A stretch of DNA of 64,000 nucleotides from Callorhinchus milii (lineage: Eukaryota): NCBI RefSeq assembly GCF_018977255.1, contig NW_024704743.1, positions 50,904,001 through 50,968,000 of the forward strand, given 5' to 3'. A program made the position numbers and the translations under genes. A model generated the notes under the pieces. The model ran no database searches and was not told the origin of the DNA. It saw only the letters and a program-made list of their open reading frames with translations. This document shows, piece by piece, positions 50,866-64,000 of this stretch. Each line of letters opens with the position of its first letter. Position 1 is the first letter of the stretch.

Positions 50866-53800
50866 ATATTTGGGTAAAAATGAAAGCAAACATGTTCTAG
50901 TTCCATCAGGTTTATATTCCTATTTTAAACAATGAATGGTTATAGTTTGTTGCATTCTTCCTCAGTTTGCCATTTGGTGTAATTTGCATACTTAGAAATT
51001 ATTACGGTTGTGCACAATTCATTATTATTAATATCAAATAAAACTAGTCACTCACTTCATGGCTGGTTGTGGACATCGCTGTGTGCAAATTGGCTGCCAT
51101 GTTCACCTTCTAAATACAATCATTGCACTTTGTAGTATGAAGCTTTTTCAGATGTCCTTTTCCATATCCAGCCGAAGCATGAAACGCCCATTTGCCCTCC
51201 ATCTCTGCCTTTAACCTTTCAGCCAACCTTTTAGCTGCACCATTGAAATCTATCTTTAAATATAATAACGCTGAATCCTTTTAGTTGACAGGAAATTGTC
51301 TGGTTCTTTTCCCAAACCCTTTGTAGTTTCTTGTTTCACCACCTGAACTGTCACATGTGTCTATCACTCTTTTAAAAAAACAAGATCCTACCTTTCTTAT
51401 TCGCTTTCTTATTTGAAACTATGGGGTCAAAATTGTTACATTTGATATGATCAGCCACGATGACAAGACGCACTGCAATTTTGTTTATTTTTGTAAAAGA
51501 GCCTCCTGTATTTCCTATTCTCTTCAGAAGCAACATTCCCTTGTTGTGGAATTTTGAATGCTGCAGAAATCTAAACGCTCTAAAAACCCTTCATTATCTT
51601 AAAGGTCTTTGTCAAACCCCCTTAGTGTTCAAGAGAGAAACTGTCTGGGTAACCAAACTTTCCACACAGCTCCGTCTCTTATGTTCTGGACTGAATGTAG
51701 TAACCCCACAAATAATGCTGTACGACATGCTCTGCTATTCATATTCTATGGAAGTATTTACCATTGTTGATATACATCTCCATTAGGAATTTGTCTTCAA
51801 TGTCAGTGAAATGTGTGTGGAGTCCAAATATTTTTGACTGGTTTGAGTTTTCTGAAACTGAGGTTTGGACCATCAAAAACTGGAAAGCAGATTTTTGGTG
51901 GAAGTCAGAAAGATTACAAATACCAGTGAAAATGTGCTTCAGATGATGTTAGAACAGACATTACTTGGTCTGTAAGAACAATCAGAGTCACTGAAGCTTC
52001 ATCTTCTTGATTGGTACTTACAGCCACAACCAGATACTATTATTCTCCACCTTTTGTTCAGTGAAACAAGAATCGTAACAACATTTATTCAGTGAACTAT
52101 GTTGCATTACAGTAATACAAAACAAGCAACACATGTCCTTTGCTAATGTTCAGAAGAAGGGTAATGCTCCATTTTTTCGATAACACTTTATGAAATATTG
52201 AATTCTAAATGAGCTGTTTTGGGAATTCATTATTATCTTGCTCCAGAGAGAGGAGGGACAAAATCATAATCAGAATACAATATTTTTCGATTTTGTTCCT
52301 CTTCTACCTGGAGCAGTTTCCAGCAGAGAACCAATTGATCTGCCAGCAAACATTTGCTCCACATTGCAAAGAGTTCAAGGTGTTTATATTGGCATTTGCA
52401 AACTGATAGAAACTGAAGCACCAGGATTTGGAGGCCCCAAAATCCCTTTTTGAAAAGCGAAGAGAGTTTCTCATGGTCTTCTGGCTAATAATCTCCCAAA
52501 TAAAAAAAATTGGTCATTCCCTTCATGGCTGTTTGTGCATCATTGTTGTGTGCAAATTGGTTGCCTCATTCACCTACACAAATATGCAGTCACTACACTT
52601 TACATTCCTGTGAAGTGCTTTGAGAGATCTCAACAACTTGATAAAGTGCAAGGATTATAGCAAAGATTATTATCAGGAAATCTAGAAGCACAGATTGTCT
52701 ATTCATTACCTGCAAAGTAACGTCTACCCACAGTAAGACTTAAAGTTACATTTAAAGTAAGTGTAAAGCCAATAATGTAGCTATGCATTACTACATCCAA
52801 GTGTTGTTTCTTGGCAAGCTCCTAAATCGGAATCTTAAGGGACAGCACACTGAATAAGGCAGCCAAAGAAAAGAGTTATTTAAGAAGTGTAAATCCCCTG
52901 CTCTATAATCCCAGGGTTACAATTGGAGACAGGGAAGGAGGTGTGTGTGTGTTTCTAGTTAATGACCAACACAATCTGTAACAAATTTGGAGAGATCAGA
53001 AATACTTACATTTTACTGCACAATGGAAAATATAAGCAGTATTAAAAGTAGTAAACAAACAATTCATTGAAAATGTATTTAAAAGAGAACATTTGTTTAA
53101 AAAAGTTTGATATGATAGCATTACTGGGTGAAATTTGCAGTATTTTGTGAAAATACACAATTTGGGCACTATATTTCTTAATATGTTTTAAATTGCATCA
53201 TGATATTTTACAATGTTTTCAAACTAGTGGATGAAATCTTCGCAACCCAGCCATCAGGAAACCGTTCAAAAACATGCTTCCCTTTCAAGGTCATAAACAA
53301 TAAATCTCAGGAATAAAAGGAAGTTTGGAGATCAATGCATTTAAGTCAACAGATTTAATGTTGGCTGCTTTTTGTTTCAATGCTGTAAGCACATTTTATT
53401 CTGACAAGGTGCAATACAGAAACAGCATTGTGTTAAAAATGCCTGCTAAATGGAAGACTTGTATTTCACTAAAAGCAGCATAAATTTAAGGCTCCTCATC
53501 TAACCATTGGCGAGTGTCCCTTGCGTACCTCTGCCATGTCCAGTTGCACTTCTAAAGATATGTCTGACACTTTTTAGAGAGGATTAAATTATGTTTTATC
53601 CTCTAATCCTCTCAAAGAGCTGTGTACTTTTCCAGTGACGGCATGCCTTTGACAACATGAAGGAGATGAGAGAGCTTGAAACCACATCAGACGGCCTTGA
53701 TAAATCTGTTGTGACAACACAGAAAGAATGCTGTGACTCGCTTCATTTAGCTCTGAAAGCACCTTTGTTGTATCTCCTGACTTGGAGACAAGGGTGGAGG

Positions 53801-54726
53801 GCTGAAACATCAGTACCCTCTTTTTTAAAAACCTCCTGCCAATCTCAGAGGTGTGTTCACAAATGTTAAGGAATAATGTTGCTGAAACATGATAAAATAA
53901 AATGCAGAGCAACAAAAGTTAAACAATCACTCTCAGCACAATGTTTAAGTTTATTGTTGTATATATGTGTATTTTTTTAGCTGCGCAGAGGTACAATACC
54001 TCACATTGCATTGCCTGAAGGGATATTGGCAAATGGAATAAAGGTAAAAGGAATTGGCTCTTTGGCAAACAACAGTCGTTTATTAACATGAACAAATGTA
54101 CTTAATAGCTACTTTGCACAAATTAATGTGACACTTGATAAATGATTTAATGGAGTTTAAGCAGGTAGCTCTGTCTTTCAAAGCACCCAAGGCTACAACA
54201 GACTATTGATACCAATGGAAGTAGCGTCCACACACTACGCACTGTTGAGCACGTCCTAAATTCTTGCTTAATCCAGTTTAGCATTACGGGGATAACTTTT
54301 CTTTCATACATTTTTTTGGTGCACACATACTTTCAGGACCTCATGTTTTTTTAAAAATGCTAACACATCACCTCTTTATTTAAAGGCATCTGCACACCAA
54401 TGAAAAAATATTACAAGGGAGAGTGTTATTTTTGACTAAAGTGAAAGGAACTGAGGGTTAAGGCAGAGACTAGGGAGGGGGTGCTTAGGATAGGAAATGG
54501 CTCATGTGGAGTCTAAACTCCAGCCAAGTAGCCTACTTTGGTGAGATGTATTCCATTTAATTCTATGTAAAAGCATGTTACAAAATTCTTTCGTTTTGGG
54601 AAAGAAGATTTGAGTGACTATCATCATGATGGTGCTTACATCAACAACAACAAATTGCATTTATACAGTGCTCTTCATGGCTATTAGCGTCTCAGAGCGT
54701 TTAACATAAACCTATAAAAATAAATG

Positions 54727-54895
54727 TTTTTTTTTGTCAGCCAGGTGTCCAACACATGTGGAAACCTATCACCAAGCTAAAGTGTATTGAAACAATAGAG
54801 CTCCACATATGCATGGAAATTTCCCTTTATCTACAATGGAATGTGGCCTTTTTTCGGAGGGATGGACCCTTCTCACTTCATCCTGCAAAACATTA
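54727..54895 (-). mobile_element. Family X 3' fragment with poly(A) tail
   Basis: T-run then gtcagccaggtgtccaacacatgtggaaacctatcacca. Confidence 0.7.
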
Positions 54896-55151
54896 GTGAT
54901 TCAGAATGATTTAAGGTCCGCCTTTAAATTCCAGCTAAATTGTATTCTTTTCCAATTATAATATCTCAGGAATGTCATTGCAGTGTAGTTAAATAATAAC
55001 CCTTGCATTTTTATAATAATCTTTACATTTTCCATTCATGTAAGAAGGATGTCTCAAAGCACTTCCCAGGATTTACTGTAAAGTGTAGTGACTGTGTATT
55101 TTGCAGGTGAAAATGTGGTAGCCAATTTGCACACAGCAATATCTCACAAAT

Positions 55152-55510
55152 GATAATAATCCTGATATAGCACCATATCACATCTCTTACACATCTCAAA
55201 GCACTTCACAGAATACACTGTAAAGTGAATTGACTATATATTTTGTGGGCAATAAGCACCAGCCAATTGCACATAGCAGTGTCCCACAAACAGTTGTCGA
55301 TGGAATGACCAAGTTATTTTTTTTGAAGGAATTATTATCCCCGGAAAAGCAATCTACCAATCGACAAACAACTGGGTTCCTACTTACTGATAGGTAAACA
55401 GATGCATGTGGAGTAAGGATACTTGCCCAAGGTTTCGCCCTGCCTGGGAATCGAACCCAGATCCTCTCGCTTGCAAGGTAAGTGCTCTAACCACTAAACT
55501 ACAGGACTTC
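55152..55510 (-). mobile_element. tRNA-headed SINE, full length, long variant, nested in a Deu SINE (~54990-55700)
   Basis: B-box ggttcgattcc; possible target-site duplication tcacaa at 55144-55149 and 55509-55514. Confidence 0.88.
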
Positions 55511-55714
55511 ACAATAGCCATGGAAGCGAATGACCAATTGTATTGAGGGAGTACGGGGTTGTTAGCCAGGACATTGGGAGAATCGCTTTTCTCTTTTTGA
55601 ATAGTGCCATGGGATCTTTAATGTCCACCTGAACTAATAGATAAGATTTCAGTTTACCATCACATCTGAACTTCACCCACAGTACCTCCAACACCTCATC
55701 TCCAGACAGGCTTA

Positions 55715-55952
55715 GGGTTGCCAAGGATAATTTCATGATAGACATCAGGAAGTATTTCTTTACCCAGAGGATAATTAACAACTAGTTAAGGTTACTAGGA
55801 TGTGTGATTGAGACAGGTTGTTGGATTTATTTTAAAATAAAACTTGATTTTGTGATGGGAGAACAATAGGGTGGGTTTGCTGGAGGAATGAGAACAAATG
55901 GGCCAAAGGCCCTTTATATTTGAATTGATCTTGTGATCTTGTGAAATCTTGT
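55715..55952 (+). mobile_element. CR1 LINE 3' end (old)
   Basis: gacatcaggaagtatttctttacccagagg (DIRKYFFTQR) and a (tgatcttg)n tail. Confidence 0.7.
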
Positions 55953-56164
55953 ATATGTGTGTCACGTTGAGTTGAGATATTGCCTTAGAGGCATAATGTC
56001 AGAAATTGGTGTGATATGTATGAGGTTTCCTGCTACAGATGCAGTTTATATTGTGAAGTGCCAGCTATCTCTTTCCTAAGGATCACTTTGTCAACTCCAT
56101 TGCACTTCAATGTAGTAAAATTTGGGTAGTTTTTAAGAATTACTTGTGTTATTTAATGAATACA

Positions 56165-58142
56165 CACCAAGACCTACTGCTGCGTTCTTGCCTCTGCCAA
56201 ATCCTCCTTCTACTCCAAGGTTATCTTGGAGGCAAAGGACAACCCCAGGCCTCTCTTTTCCACAACAAACCGTCTCCTCTGTCCACCTTCCCATACCTCG
56301 CCCATCCTCTCCTCAAACTCCAACTGTGAGGAGATGCTGGACTCGAAACTAAAATCGAGGGGATACGTTCAGCCACCTCAGCCCCGTTCACAGCCACCCC
56401 CACATCACCTCTCCCTCATGACCCACCCACCACCCATCCCCCCCCATCCTCCTTCGACCCTATCTCTCCCTCCTCCCTCACCATGACTGTCCGCAAACTC
56501 AAACCCACCACCTGCTCCCTCGATCCCATCCCCACCTCTCTCCTCATCTCCCAACTCCACCTCTGGCCCCTCTCCTGTCCGACATCATCAACCTCTCCCT
56601 TTTCACCGGTTCAGTTCCCACCCCCCTAAAAACAGCCGTCATCACCCCCATCTTGAAAAAAACCTTCCCTGGACCCATCCCTCCTCTCCAGCTACCGCCC
56701 CATCTCTAACCTCCCCTTCCTCACCAAGATCCTGGAACGAGTCGTTGCGCCCCAGCTCCACTCCTTTCTTTCTCGCCATTCCCTCTTTGAACCCCTCCAA
56801 TCCAGCTTCAGCGCTACCCACAGCACGGAAACAGCCCTGGTCAAAGCCACTGATGACATTCTGAACATCTGTGATCAGGGCTCCCTCTGCCTCCTTGTCT
56901 TCCTCGACATCTCTGATGCCTTCAACACTGTCGATCACTCTATCCTCATACACAGCCTCTCCTCTTTACTCAATCTTCATGGATCTGCCCTTGTCTGGTT
57001 CGATTCCTATCTCTCTCACCGTCTCCACTTTGTTGCCTCTAACGGTTTCTCCGCCAGCCCCCGCACTGTCACATCTGGCATCCCCCAGGGCTCTGTCCTT
57101 GGCTCTCTCCTCTTTAATATCTACATGCTCCCCCTTGGTGACATCATCCGCAGACATGGGGTCAACTTCCACATGTATGCGGATGACACCCAACTCTATC
57201 TTTCTGCCTTCACCCTCAACTCCAGGACCTCTGCTGTCCTGACAGACTGTCTGTCGGACATCAAGTCCTGGATGAGGGCAAATTTCCTACAGTTGAATGT
57301 GAACAAGACTGAGGCCCTCCTGATTGGCTCGCGCCAGCGCCTCAGCACCTCAGGCTCTGGCAGCATCAACCTCCATGGTCGCTCACTACAACTCACCAAG
57401 CCAGTCAGGAACCTAGGTGTCTTGTTCGACCCTCAACTGTTTTTTCTTCCCCACATCCAAGTCATCACCCACTCTGCCTTCCCTCACCTCCGTAACATCG
57501 CCCGACTCCACCGCTACGTCACTCCTCAGGCCGCTGAAACTCTTGTTCATGCCTTCATCACCTCCAGGCTCGACTATGCAAACTTGTCGGCCTTCCCAAC
57601 TCCTCCCTCCACAGGCTGCAGATAATCCAGAACTCTGCAACCCGTGTCCTCTCGAGGACACCAAACTCCATGACCCCATCTCCCCCATTCTCTCCCAACT
57701 CCATTGGCTCCCTATCCTTCAGAGGATCCAGTTCAACATCCGGGTCCTCACCTACAAAGCCCTCCATGGTCTCACCCCACCCTACCTCTGCGACCTCCTA
57801 ATCCCTACCAACCCGCCCGTTCCCTCCGCTCAGCCGCCTCTGGCCTGCTCCAAGTCCCCCGACCCACCCGCTCCACTATTGGCAGGAGAGCCATCAGCCA
57901 CTCTGCCCCCCCTCTGGAATTCCACCCCCCAGTCACTCCGCCTCGCACCCTCCTTAGCCTCCTTCAAGTCCCACCTCAAGACCCTCCTCTTCGACCATGC
58001 CAACGGCCACCCCCCCCTTCCCCTCCCTTCTCCCCCCTGACACCAGCTCGGGTCTGAAATGCTGTACACTGTCCAGTGCCTTGGGATGTCCTCGCGACGT
58101 GAAAGGCGCTATACAAATGTAATCTTGTTGTTGTTGTTGTTG
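56165..58142 (+). mobile_element. Longest L2 LINE copy (~2 kb): RT domain, C-terminus, 3' stem-loop and (TTG)n tail; 5'-truncated and frameshifted
   Basis: [45 protein letters not shown] and LHWLPILQRIQF spread over several frames; no endonuclease domain seen. Confidence 0.95.
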
Positions 58143-60564
58143 TATTTAATAACTACCAGCAGGTGGAGCATAATTACAAAGGATTTATTTTCATGCAGAC
58201 AGCACAAGGCCTCTATGTGTTTTAAAATTCAAGAAGTTGCAGAATTCTGTAAAAAATCTCGTCTTAATTTGGAAATGGGGTCTTTTTAATAACTGTGGAA
58301 AACTGGTTTTCAAAGTAAGATTTAGTTTTAGAATGTTTTACAGTTCCATTCTTCAGTGCTTAAAAGATCTGGATATGTGGATGGATAATTACTGGAGGAA
58401 GAATGGACTGCATTGTCTATATAGTCCATTAACAGCTGTTGGGCTTTGACGTGGCTTTGCAATCTTATGAAACTTTGGATTAGACTTCCTATTTCAGATG
58501 CTATTTGTAAAGTGATGAATGAAATACCTGGCTGTGGTTTATTCAATTGAAGATCCCTAACAGAATAAAATCCTACCCAATATTTTTCATAGAATGGGGA
58601 TCTGCAAATAGAATGGTGAAGATCAGACACCAGGAAGCACTTCTTTACACAGAGAATGATGGCTGGGAGGGCAGGACAATGCACTAATTTAAGAAGGAAC
58701 CTGGAAGCTGTTTCTTCATAGACCTTAAAACGCCTTGCAAAGAATAAATTCAAAATGATGACTGAATTAATTTTTTTCGGAGATTGCATGATCTTAAGTT
58801 TTAAGACAATGGTCTCAAGCCTAAAAGCAGGTAATATTTTTCGAGCCTCAGATTCTGTAATAGGCTACATAACAGCTTTATACTTACAAGACATTGAGGA
58901 ACTCTAGCTGTAGAGTGAACATTTCTGAAAACCTTGCTCTTAAATATTTTCTGTGGAAGCAGATAAGTTGCCCTGCTCTCCTGACCTATGTAGCTGGTAC
59001 ATGACAACTTTTTCAAATGAAGACCGATTACGAACTGAAATGTCAACAACTTCAGCTTCATCTCTGTCTGTATCTGGGCAGAACTCCTTCTGAGGTCGCC
59101 AATGTAGTAGAATTGCCTCTTTGCACAGAGGCTGCCTTGCATATGCTCACAGGATAATTTGAAGCAAATCAAAGCAGGTGTAAGTCATTTTGCCACGAGT
59201 GAACCACTTAAAGGAAGAAATTACTTTCGAAAATAGCATGTGGGGCAATATTTTATGCAGCACTGCTTACTGATAATGAAAGAAAATCCCTTAGGAAAAT
59301 GATTCCCCAGTGCAATAAAAAGTCAAGCAGCTCAGAGTTTTGAGAATATCAAACAGTGCACTTACAGTTCAATTTACAGGGCACACATTGCCAGACTGTA
59401 ACTTTTTGAATATAGGGCCCTTGGTATTTATGCTCAAATTCATGGCAAATAAAATGTTCAATTTAATTGAAACTGCATTTCAATAGATTGTTTAATGTAT
59501 TAGTTAGAGTTAAGGGCTGCCAAACAGATTAGAACAAAATGATTTGCTTTGTTTCAGGTTGATTGTGAAATGTGCAATTTACTTGCACGCAGCCTCTTCA
59601 AGTTTCCAACCATGTACAATGCTCCTTTATCTGAGAGCCTCAAAACAGCTTTTCCTGTGGCTTCTCTCAGGATGAGACAAGAGTAGAGAACTAAAGAACA
59701 CTTTGGTTAGAATAAGTGAATGGATTCCTTGCTGCAAAACTTTGAATTCCCTAATGCAAAACAAATGCTCTTTAGTATGTGCCTGGAGGATAAAATAAAC
59801 ATATTCCAAGAGACTAAAACATTAATGTTCCATGTACTTACAATATAAACAACACATGTGAAATGCCATGAAAAATACTCATTTTATGTTTTGCTTTTGA
59901 GGATATCCTAGCCCACGTTCTAGCTTGTGAATTTTAAGGTTGCCCATGACTTGATACCTCTCACAGATGTTTCTAAGTGCTGAGAAGATGTCTTATGGGA
60001 TGTCCTCCTGACGTGAAAGGCGCCATACAAATGTAATTTCCTTCACTTATTTCTTTTCTTGTTACTCAGTCCTATCTTATACCTAAAACGCTTCACTGAA
60101 CCTTATCTACAGTCTTTTCAAATCCAATGTTTGCCATCTTGTAACAGCTATGTCTAAATTGACCATCATTGCTAGTACATCATTCTGTGTGACTGTGTGA
60201 CTTAGCCTTTCATTTAAGTTTCTTTATAAGCTACCAAGGGTATAAATTGTCGAGTTCCATCTCATAATTGATGTATTACCAATAACAATTATACATCATT
60301 TTTTTGGCATGTCGATAAACAATTCAATACTTACATCACGTGATAATCAAAACATTAAATCTCTTGTAAAATATCACAAATTTTCCTTTATATGTTCTCC
60401 ATGAATCATTGTTGTGCTTTTAGTTGTTTGTTATTTGAGATCAAACACAATTCAACAGAAAAACAAAGTTCATTTTATATGTAAATAGAAATTGATTTTA
60501 AGGGGTTACATTAGTTTTATAACAGTCACCGCAAACATATAGGCCTTGGCTTTACCTATGCACT

Positions 60565-61197
60565 GACATGTCTATTTGCCTGATGCATCTTGAATATCAT
60601 CACCATGCTTAGATGTATCCAAAACAAACTGATACTTCCTTTCATGACACCTACGTAAAAATTCCCATGTATTGGAACGGAATGTATGCTCTCTCCAGAA
60701 GGACGCATCAACTACTTATCTAATTCCATAGAGTTTTAGCATAGATTGACAAATGCCAAGGCTTAGAGACCCCTGAGTATTCAGTGTGGTGCTGCTAGCG
60801 TTTAACTAGTTAAAACTGCATAACTTGCCAATCATAGAATCATAGAATTATATACCACAGAAGGAGGCCATTCGGCTCATCGTGTCTGTGCAGGCTCTTT
60901 GAAAAGAGCTATCCAAATCAATCCCACTCCCTCGCTCTTTCCCCATAGCCCTGCAAACTCGTCCTCCCCAAATAATTATCTATTTCGCTCTTAAAAGTTG
61001 TTATTGAATTGGCTTCCACCACCCTTTTCGGCAGTGCATTCCAGAAAAGGTGAATGGACTGCCTGTTTCCCACTGTTTGTCCAGCTAGGACCACCCTACC
61101 CATTAAGGCTTTGACTTGCAGGAGCTAAGTGGGAAGAAATCCCCCTCCCCCTCGCCAGTACTGCCTTTCAAGTACTGCCAATCAGCCAGGCTGGTTT
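60565..61197 (-). mobile_element. Family X near-full copy split by a CR1 insertion
   Basis: 3' half at 60565-60830 and 5' half at ~61050-61197 (gccaatcagccaggctgg) are colinear with 4887-5322. Confidence 0.7.
60831..61043 (-). mobile_element. CR1 LINE 3' end
   Basis: WNALPKRVVEANSITTFKSEID and a (ctatgatt)n tail; same family as 26920-27310. Confidence 0.9.
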
Positions 61198-61289
61198 TCT
61201 TGTTTATTATTGATGCACAACATCATATAAATGAGCAGAATCTACAGTTAACCTAGGCTAGTTCATCGCATCTAGGCGACTATGCCTCT

Positions 61290-61451
61290 TTCACCCATGC
61301 CTTCAGCCATTCTTCTAGCTCCCTGCCCTCCACCTCCCTTACCCAAATTCCAACCCCCCCACCCATAGCTCGGGTCCAAACCCTGTCTGTCCAGCGTCTT
61401 GGGATGTCCTCCCAACTTGAAAAGCGCTATACAAATGTAATTTTGTATTGT
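61290..61451 (+). mobile_element. L2 3' end
   Basis: gctcgggtccaaaccctgtctgtccagcgtcttgggatgtcctcccaacttgaaaagcgctatacaaatg. Confidence 0.8.
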
Positions 61452-61581
61452 ATTTACCCATTGTATATGGTAGCGTTCTATCTTATGTCCTGGGCAATGC
61501 AGCACCAGATACGAAGAATGTGCCACATTTGCTCCCCGGTCTCGCCTGACTTAATCAGCTTCAGGGAAGATGGTGGTGAAG

Positions 61582-62017
61582 CAACAACAACAACAACAAC
61601 AAGATTCCATTTATTGAGCGCCTTTCACGTCGGGAGGACGTCCCAAGGCGCTGTACAGTTGGGTCAGGACCCGAGCATGGGGGAAATTGTTAAGGTAAGG
61701 GAAGGGAGGGAGCGAGGAGGGGGTAGAGAGTTAAGAGGGGAGCTGAAGGCACGGTCAAAGAGAAAGGTCTTGAGACCGGCCTTGAAGGAGGAAAGGGAAG
61801 AGGCGGCGAAGGCACTGGGGGATAGAGTTCCAGAGCCTAGGGGCTGAGAGGCTGAAGGCCCGTCCACCGATGGTAGGGCGGTTGGGGCGGGGGATGTGCA
61901 GCAGACCGGAACCAGAGGAATGGAGGGTATGGGCAGGTAGGTAGGGGGATAGTAGGTCGGAGAGGTAGGAGGGAGCAAGGCCATGAATGGCCTTGTAGGT
62001 GAGGATGAGGATCTTGA
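61582..62017 (-). mobile_element. Young L2 3' end (~435 nt)
   Basis: Pure (TTG)n tail, intact stem-loop at 61617-61652, SLSSFKAGLKTFLFDRAF C-terminus. Confidence 0.92.
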
Positions 62018-64000
62018 TTATTCCAGAAGCAGCACAATTGACTCAACTGCTTCTGGAATAAGAAGGGAAAAATCAGTAACATTTTCCATTATACGTTGCT
62101 TTCCCGTGTATATTTCACAAAAATGGATATTGGGATGAAGATAAAATCGGTGATCAACTTGTCGTTGATGCTCTGCTGATATTTAGTGTTGTTTCATCTC
62201 TCACACAAGGTGGCAATTTGGAATATGGTCATTTGGTTGGTGACTCTTGTCAAACTGTACCTTAACACTGCCTTCAGATGAAGGAGGGGAGAAACTGGAA
62301 ATAAAAAATCATATTTTTAATAGAGAATTAGTTAACCTTTTCAGGCAGAACTTACCTGCAAATAGAACTGGTCCCTTTTTCTATGTGAAAAGGAAAAAAA
62401 GTACAAAGCTGGTCACGGGACACTTATGTATGTCTCTTTTCAAACAACTTGCCTTCTCCTCCTTACCAGTTGTTTTTTTGTGGGCATGATAGCAAAATGA
62501 ATGCAAAACTTTTAGTAATTTGCTATGTTGCACGAGAGAGGAGCATTGATTTCCATTCTATGCTCCTTTGGGAAATAAATATGCAGAAACCAAATGATCT
62601 ATTCATAAGTTCATTTTTCCTTCCATATGAAAATTTGAGAAATAGGGGTCATTCCCTTCCATAATTAAGAAAAATAATGTGTTCAGGAATGCTAACATTT
62701 TGACCCCAAGGTATATGTAGGCCAAATATTTTGAAAGATTGTGAGTTCAATTGATAAGAACAATAACTCGCAATTATATGGTGCCCTGCACATGGCATTG
62801 CATCTTGGAGTGTTGAACTATGGCGTAATGTGACTCCAAGATTGTGAGAGAGGGGATGTGACTGTAGGCACAGTTGAAGAGAAAGTCTTACAGTACGATT
62901 TGAAGATAGGTAAAGAGGGAGCAAAGTGGAGGGATTGAGGAAGGGAGAGCCAAGAGGTTTGGGGCATAGTACTAAATATAGCACAAGTGTTATAGATATG
63001 GAAATAATTTTCCTTCAGTGTGTCAGTTTCAAAGTAACCTGCAGAAAGGAATCCTAATTGTCCTCATACATTATATTTCATGCTTTACATGCAAGTATGT
63101 GCAAATTACTCAAAAGTGATTATATTCATATTAAAAGGTAATTTGTAATCATAGAGAACTAATGAATATGACGTAGCTCAAACATTTGTTCATTGGCAGT
63201 GTTGTAAAACCCTTTGCATATGAATAAGACCACCAGGCTACAGAAGTTTTGTTAAATAATATGCGAAGGGGGTTTTGCAAATGAATAGATCATTACTGGA
63301 TGTACACCTAAATATTAATAATAACATTCATGGCCTACATGATATAAAACTGATGTACAACGTATTTATATACCAAGAAAAGAAGGAAGTGGCCTGATTG
63401 AAATGGAAACATTTTATAAATAACAAATTAAAGGTTTAGTTGAATATATTATAACAAAACTCAATGATAGTATTAAAATGATAGAAAAACATGAAAACCA
63501 AACAAATAAATTTTCCATGAATCAAGATCAAACAAGAATATGACATCCATCAAAAGGAAATAGAATGTATATATAAATTAGATAGCCATTCTTTTATAAT
63601 CATTCAAATCTTGATTAAAACTAAATTGATAATGGAAATGTGGAATGGTAGAAATAACAGAAGAGTGTAATGAGGCCTGATTAAGACTTGAAGAAATATT
63701 TCATTCACCATCAATAATGTTTTATCTTTTCACCTATTCATATTCTTTAATCTTAAATTATTCTAACTTTTTTTATGAATGTCAGCAATTTAGTAAAAAT
63801 GCTGAGACCACTGGAGCTGTGACAATGGTGGTCATAGGGCTCGGATGCCTGTTAATGTTGTATTTTATTGGGTTAGATGGTTATGTTTATTGACTCCAAA
63901 CATGCAAAGGTAAGGGTATGTCATGGGACCCACTCAAAGTTAACAACCAGCTTCAATAGATGAAAATGCTAAGGAACTTTCATAGGCTTGACCTGTTTCA

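Noticed and set aside
52209..52453. Three overlapping 60-70 aa ORFs with a possible acceptor near 52246
   Set aside because: No recognisable protein similarity and only a weak donor (aag|gtgttt).
56165..58142. Intact reverse transcriptase gene or novel RT system
   Set aside because: Motifs are split across frames, there is no endonuclease domain, and the tail is a standard L2 end; this is a dead LINE copy.
59129..59179. Plus-strand ~51-nt exon candidate (RLPCICSQDNLKQIKAG)
   Set aside because: Unrecognised peptide, on the opposite strand to the better candidates, with no supporting exons.

Overview
This is a repeat-rich, non-coding vertebrate window with no recognisable host gene. The repeat content points to a cartilaginous fish, most likely a chimaera such as the elephant shark (inferred from recalled consensus sequences, not from a database search). 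All long ORFs with recognisable motifs are broken L2-type LINE reverse transcriptase fragments (YADD, GIPQGSVLG, YRPISNLPF). The rest of the annotated sequence is tRNA-headed SINEs, older Deu-domain SINEs, CR1 3' ends, Penelope-type terminal remnants, a palindromic MITE family and a large degenerate (CCAA/CCAG)n array. Several repeat-poor blocks look like candidate enhancers. The most notable observations are: (1) a ~435-nt structured SINE-like family I cannot name, with at least 8 copies; (2) a 3' stem-loop shared by SINEs and L2 that shows compensatory covariation, with the youngest SINEs carrying the L2-type loop; (3) a Penelope-derived palindrome with decayed hammerhead ribozyme cores; (4) an unexplained ~250-nt fold-back segment; (5) two candidate minus-strand small exons. 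I found no evidence for a new protein-coding system. Boundaries of old repeats are approximate.
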